A DNA stretch of 64,000 nt from Octopus sinensis (taxonomy: Eukaryota): positions 95,356,001-95,420,000 of the forward strand of contig NC_043003.1 of assembly GCF_006345805.1 (NCBI RefSeq), read 5' to 3'. The translations under genes were made by a program, and so were the position numbers. The notes under the pieces were generated by a model that searched no databases, was not told where the DNA came from, and was given only the letters and a program-made list of their open reading frames with translations. This document shows positions 61,241-64,000 of the stretch, one piece after another (the stretch's first letter is position 1; each line of letters begins with the position of its first letter).

Positions 61241-61603
61241 ATACATAAATATAAGAGAGTTACCGTTAAGTGGTTAACTCTAGTGCTAAAAATAGTTCCT
61301 TATTCTGGTATAGCCACCGAAGTTGTTTCCACAAAGAAATAACATTACCCTCAACGTGAGGAAAGTGAGACACAACGAAAAGATAGATTAATGCTGAACA
61401 ATTGTCTCTTTATCAATATAATATGCAATTATACTCATATATTTATCTATAAGTCATCAGCAGCATTTGTCTTCGATACAATTTATTGGACCCTCACGAG
61501 CGTCAAGTACCCATGCGGTCCAATCGGTGGCTATACCAGAATAAGGAGCTATTTTTAGCACTAGAGTTAACCACTTAACGTTAACTCTCTTATATTTATG
61601 TAT
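61241..61603. repeat. Inverted repeat, arms of about 80 bp and spacer of about 200 bp, in (TA)n context
   Basis: 61241-61320 versus 61524-61603; two mismatches seen. Confidence 0.88.
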
Positions 61604-61608
61604 ATATG

Positions 61609-61640
<32 letters not shown>

Positions 61641-61655
61641 TGTATCTATATCTAT

Positions 61656-61716
<61 letters not shown>

Positions 61717-61856
61717 ACAAAGTAAGATAGGGGTTATGGGTGTAACCCACTATGGGATATCATTTATCCAATATACTGTTGGTAAAGTACCCAAATTCTT
61801 AATACATAAATGTTTATAATTGCAATGCAATTAAGTAATTTATTGTATATATATAT

Positions 61857-61894
<38 letters not shown>

Positions 61895-61899
61895 TGTGC

Positions 61900-61952
<53 letters not shown>

Positions 61953-62009
61953 CTGCTGAAAAGTGAAGTGAGCAACATTGTACGGGTTGGCAGTGAACTT
62001 CTCAAAAAA

Positions 62010-62990
62010 CACTCCCTTCCTGATGACCCCCTATACAGCCCCAAAATAGCTGGCTCTCTTACCTCAGAGAAGACCTAGATAGAAAGCACTCAGGACACAA
62101 AATAAAAAAGACCATGCATGGTTATGTTGCCCGGAAGCTTGGAGAAGACAATAGAATTGACACGAAGAGAAACCTCTCTTGTATACAAGACCACTACATC
62201 ACATCACACTTTGAAGGCTATGCGTTTGTAATCCAGGAACAGGAGATTGCCACAAAGTATCTGATGAACAAGAAAAACAATAACACTCTTGTAATCCCAA
62301 GGTGCAACAGCATATATAGGCTATGTCATGTTTCTGTGGAAGACATTACGCATGTGATTAGCAGCTGTCCTAAAATGTTGTCACGGTACTACCTCCCTAT
62401 GCGGTACGATGTTGTTGCTAAAACAATTTACAATGCCATCCGCAAAAACGACTGTCCTGAAATAAACTTAGAAAGTCTCTCTGTTATGTAATATATTCAT
62501 AAATACCAACTCGAGAAATACTGGTGGAATATTCCCATCAAAACTTCTGTCAAATGTAAACATAACAGGCTGGATATTGTTGTTTGGGACAGAGGGGCAA
62601 ATGTATGTACCATCATAAAGGTCAGCTTCCCTGGAGATATAATAGCTCTGAAAATCAAAGAAAAAGGGGATATCTATGGACAAGTCCTTCGAAACCTCCG
62701 GGGTCTACATACAGACTATGAATTCATATTCATCCCAATAATAATTGGGGCATTAGGTTTTGTCAGAAATTGCTTAAAGGAGAATCTGGATGAGCTGGAA
62801 TTTTCAGGAAGAAAAATAGACCGGCTGATTCGTATATTACAAGTGCAATCTGTGAGTGGAACATTAAAAATATGCAAGGCTTTTCTCAAGTTTCAACTGT
62901 GAATTTGTCTGTGTTAACTACATCCTAAAGATAGAGCCTTGTATCTTTGTTGGAAACCGACTCCGTCCTTAGTGGAAGATTTATAATTTA
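62010..62990 (+). mobile_element. REL-type LINE 3' remnant directly after a (TG)n tract
   Basis: HFEGYAFVIQEQEIATK, CRLC-like YRLCHVSVEDITHVISSCP, then KHNRLDIV and PIIIGALG. Confidence 0.82.
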
Positions 62991-63009
62991 AAAAATTGAA
63001 GATACATAT

Positions 63010-63425
63010 ATTTCTTTATTACCCACAAGGGGCTTAAACACAGAGGGGACAAACAAGGACAGATATAGTTATTAAGTCGATTACATCGAACCCAGTGAGT
63101 AACTGGTACTTAATTTATCGACCCCGAAAGGATGAAAGGCAAAGTCGACCTCGGCGGAATTTGAACTCACAACGTAACGGCAGACGAAATACCTATTTCT
63201 TTACTACCCACAAGGGGCTAAACACAGAGAGGACAAACAAGGACAGACAAACGGATTAAGCCGATTATATCGACCCCAGTGCATAACTGGTACTTAATTT
63301 ATCGAGCCCGAAAGGATGAAAGGCAAAGTCGACCTCGGCAGAATTTGAACTCACAACGTAACGGCAGACGAAATACCACTAAGCATTTCGCCCGGCGTGC
63401 TAACGTTTCTGCCAGCTCGCCGCCA
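63010..63425 (-). mobile_element. SINE family A dimer (minus strand)
   Basis: Same internal junction AAGAAATAGG-TATTTCGTCTGCC on the minus strand. Confidence 0.85.
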
Positions 63426-64000
63426 TACATACATACATGCGTGCATATATACATACGTGCATAAAACCAATGTTTTGTTTTATGACAGGCGGGCAGACAG
63501 ACAGATAGAAGATAGATTACACACTAATATATTTCGATCAGTGTCCTCAGTTGTTGTAGTTAAAGCATGTCAGCTATTACAACTTTCAGTCTTCTTGAGG
63601 TGCTTTCTGTTGCATTCTATAACATTCTCAGAATTTAGACCTCACCAATTTATCACACTACAAATGTAGGATTGAACTCTCGCACCCATTACTTAAACAG
63701 CTATTCAGAATCACTATCTTATTATCTCGTAACAATACGGTTCACACGAAAGTTACCAAGAATCGCCACTTACATATAATCTTTCTAGATTGCGATTTAC
63801 TAAGTTCATGTCATTTTTGATGAAACTTGGAGTCAATTTATGCAGTGGTTTCAATATGATAACCAACAGTTATTTTGTTCAAACATATTCTTATATTTGA
63901 TTTATAGTTATTGTTTCAAAAACCGTCAAAGCTGATGTAATGAAAATCGTTAAAGTTCCAGAAAGCGGAATATTTACTCAAGGGAGATCACTCTCACTTA

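Overview
AT-rich, microsatellite- and transposon-dense eukaryotic DNA. The SINE families and (TA)n/(CA)n/(CATA)n load look like an octopus (coleoid cephalopod) genome; this is inferred from recall and was not searched. One host gene spans most of the window on the + strand: a class A (rhodopsin-like) peptide-receptor-type GPCR. I assembled it by hand from 8 phase-consistent GT-AG exons (19251-19685, 22200-22321, 34309-34430, 38211-38334, 45593-45807, 48874-48937, 50220-50398, 52472-52652) plus a probable upstream exon (8275-8345). Its introns hold a near-intact SPIN/Buster-like hAT transposon (16-bp TIRs, 8-bp TSD, one frameshift), decayed hAT, mariner, Tc1, RTE, REL-type LINE and Penelope fragments, GG..CC/8-bp-TSD MITEs, and many tRNA-derived SINEs. 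The least expected signals are (i) type I hammerhead-ribozyme folds inside Penelope-type inverted-repeat hairpins, one with an intact core and sense to the pre-mRNA (32385-32447), and (ii) a perfect 117-bp inverted repeat bracketing the 64-nt ICL3 exon, whose skipping would create an immediate stop. Most listed short ORFs are microsatellite or repeat artefacts.
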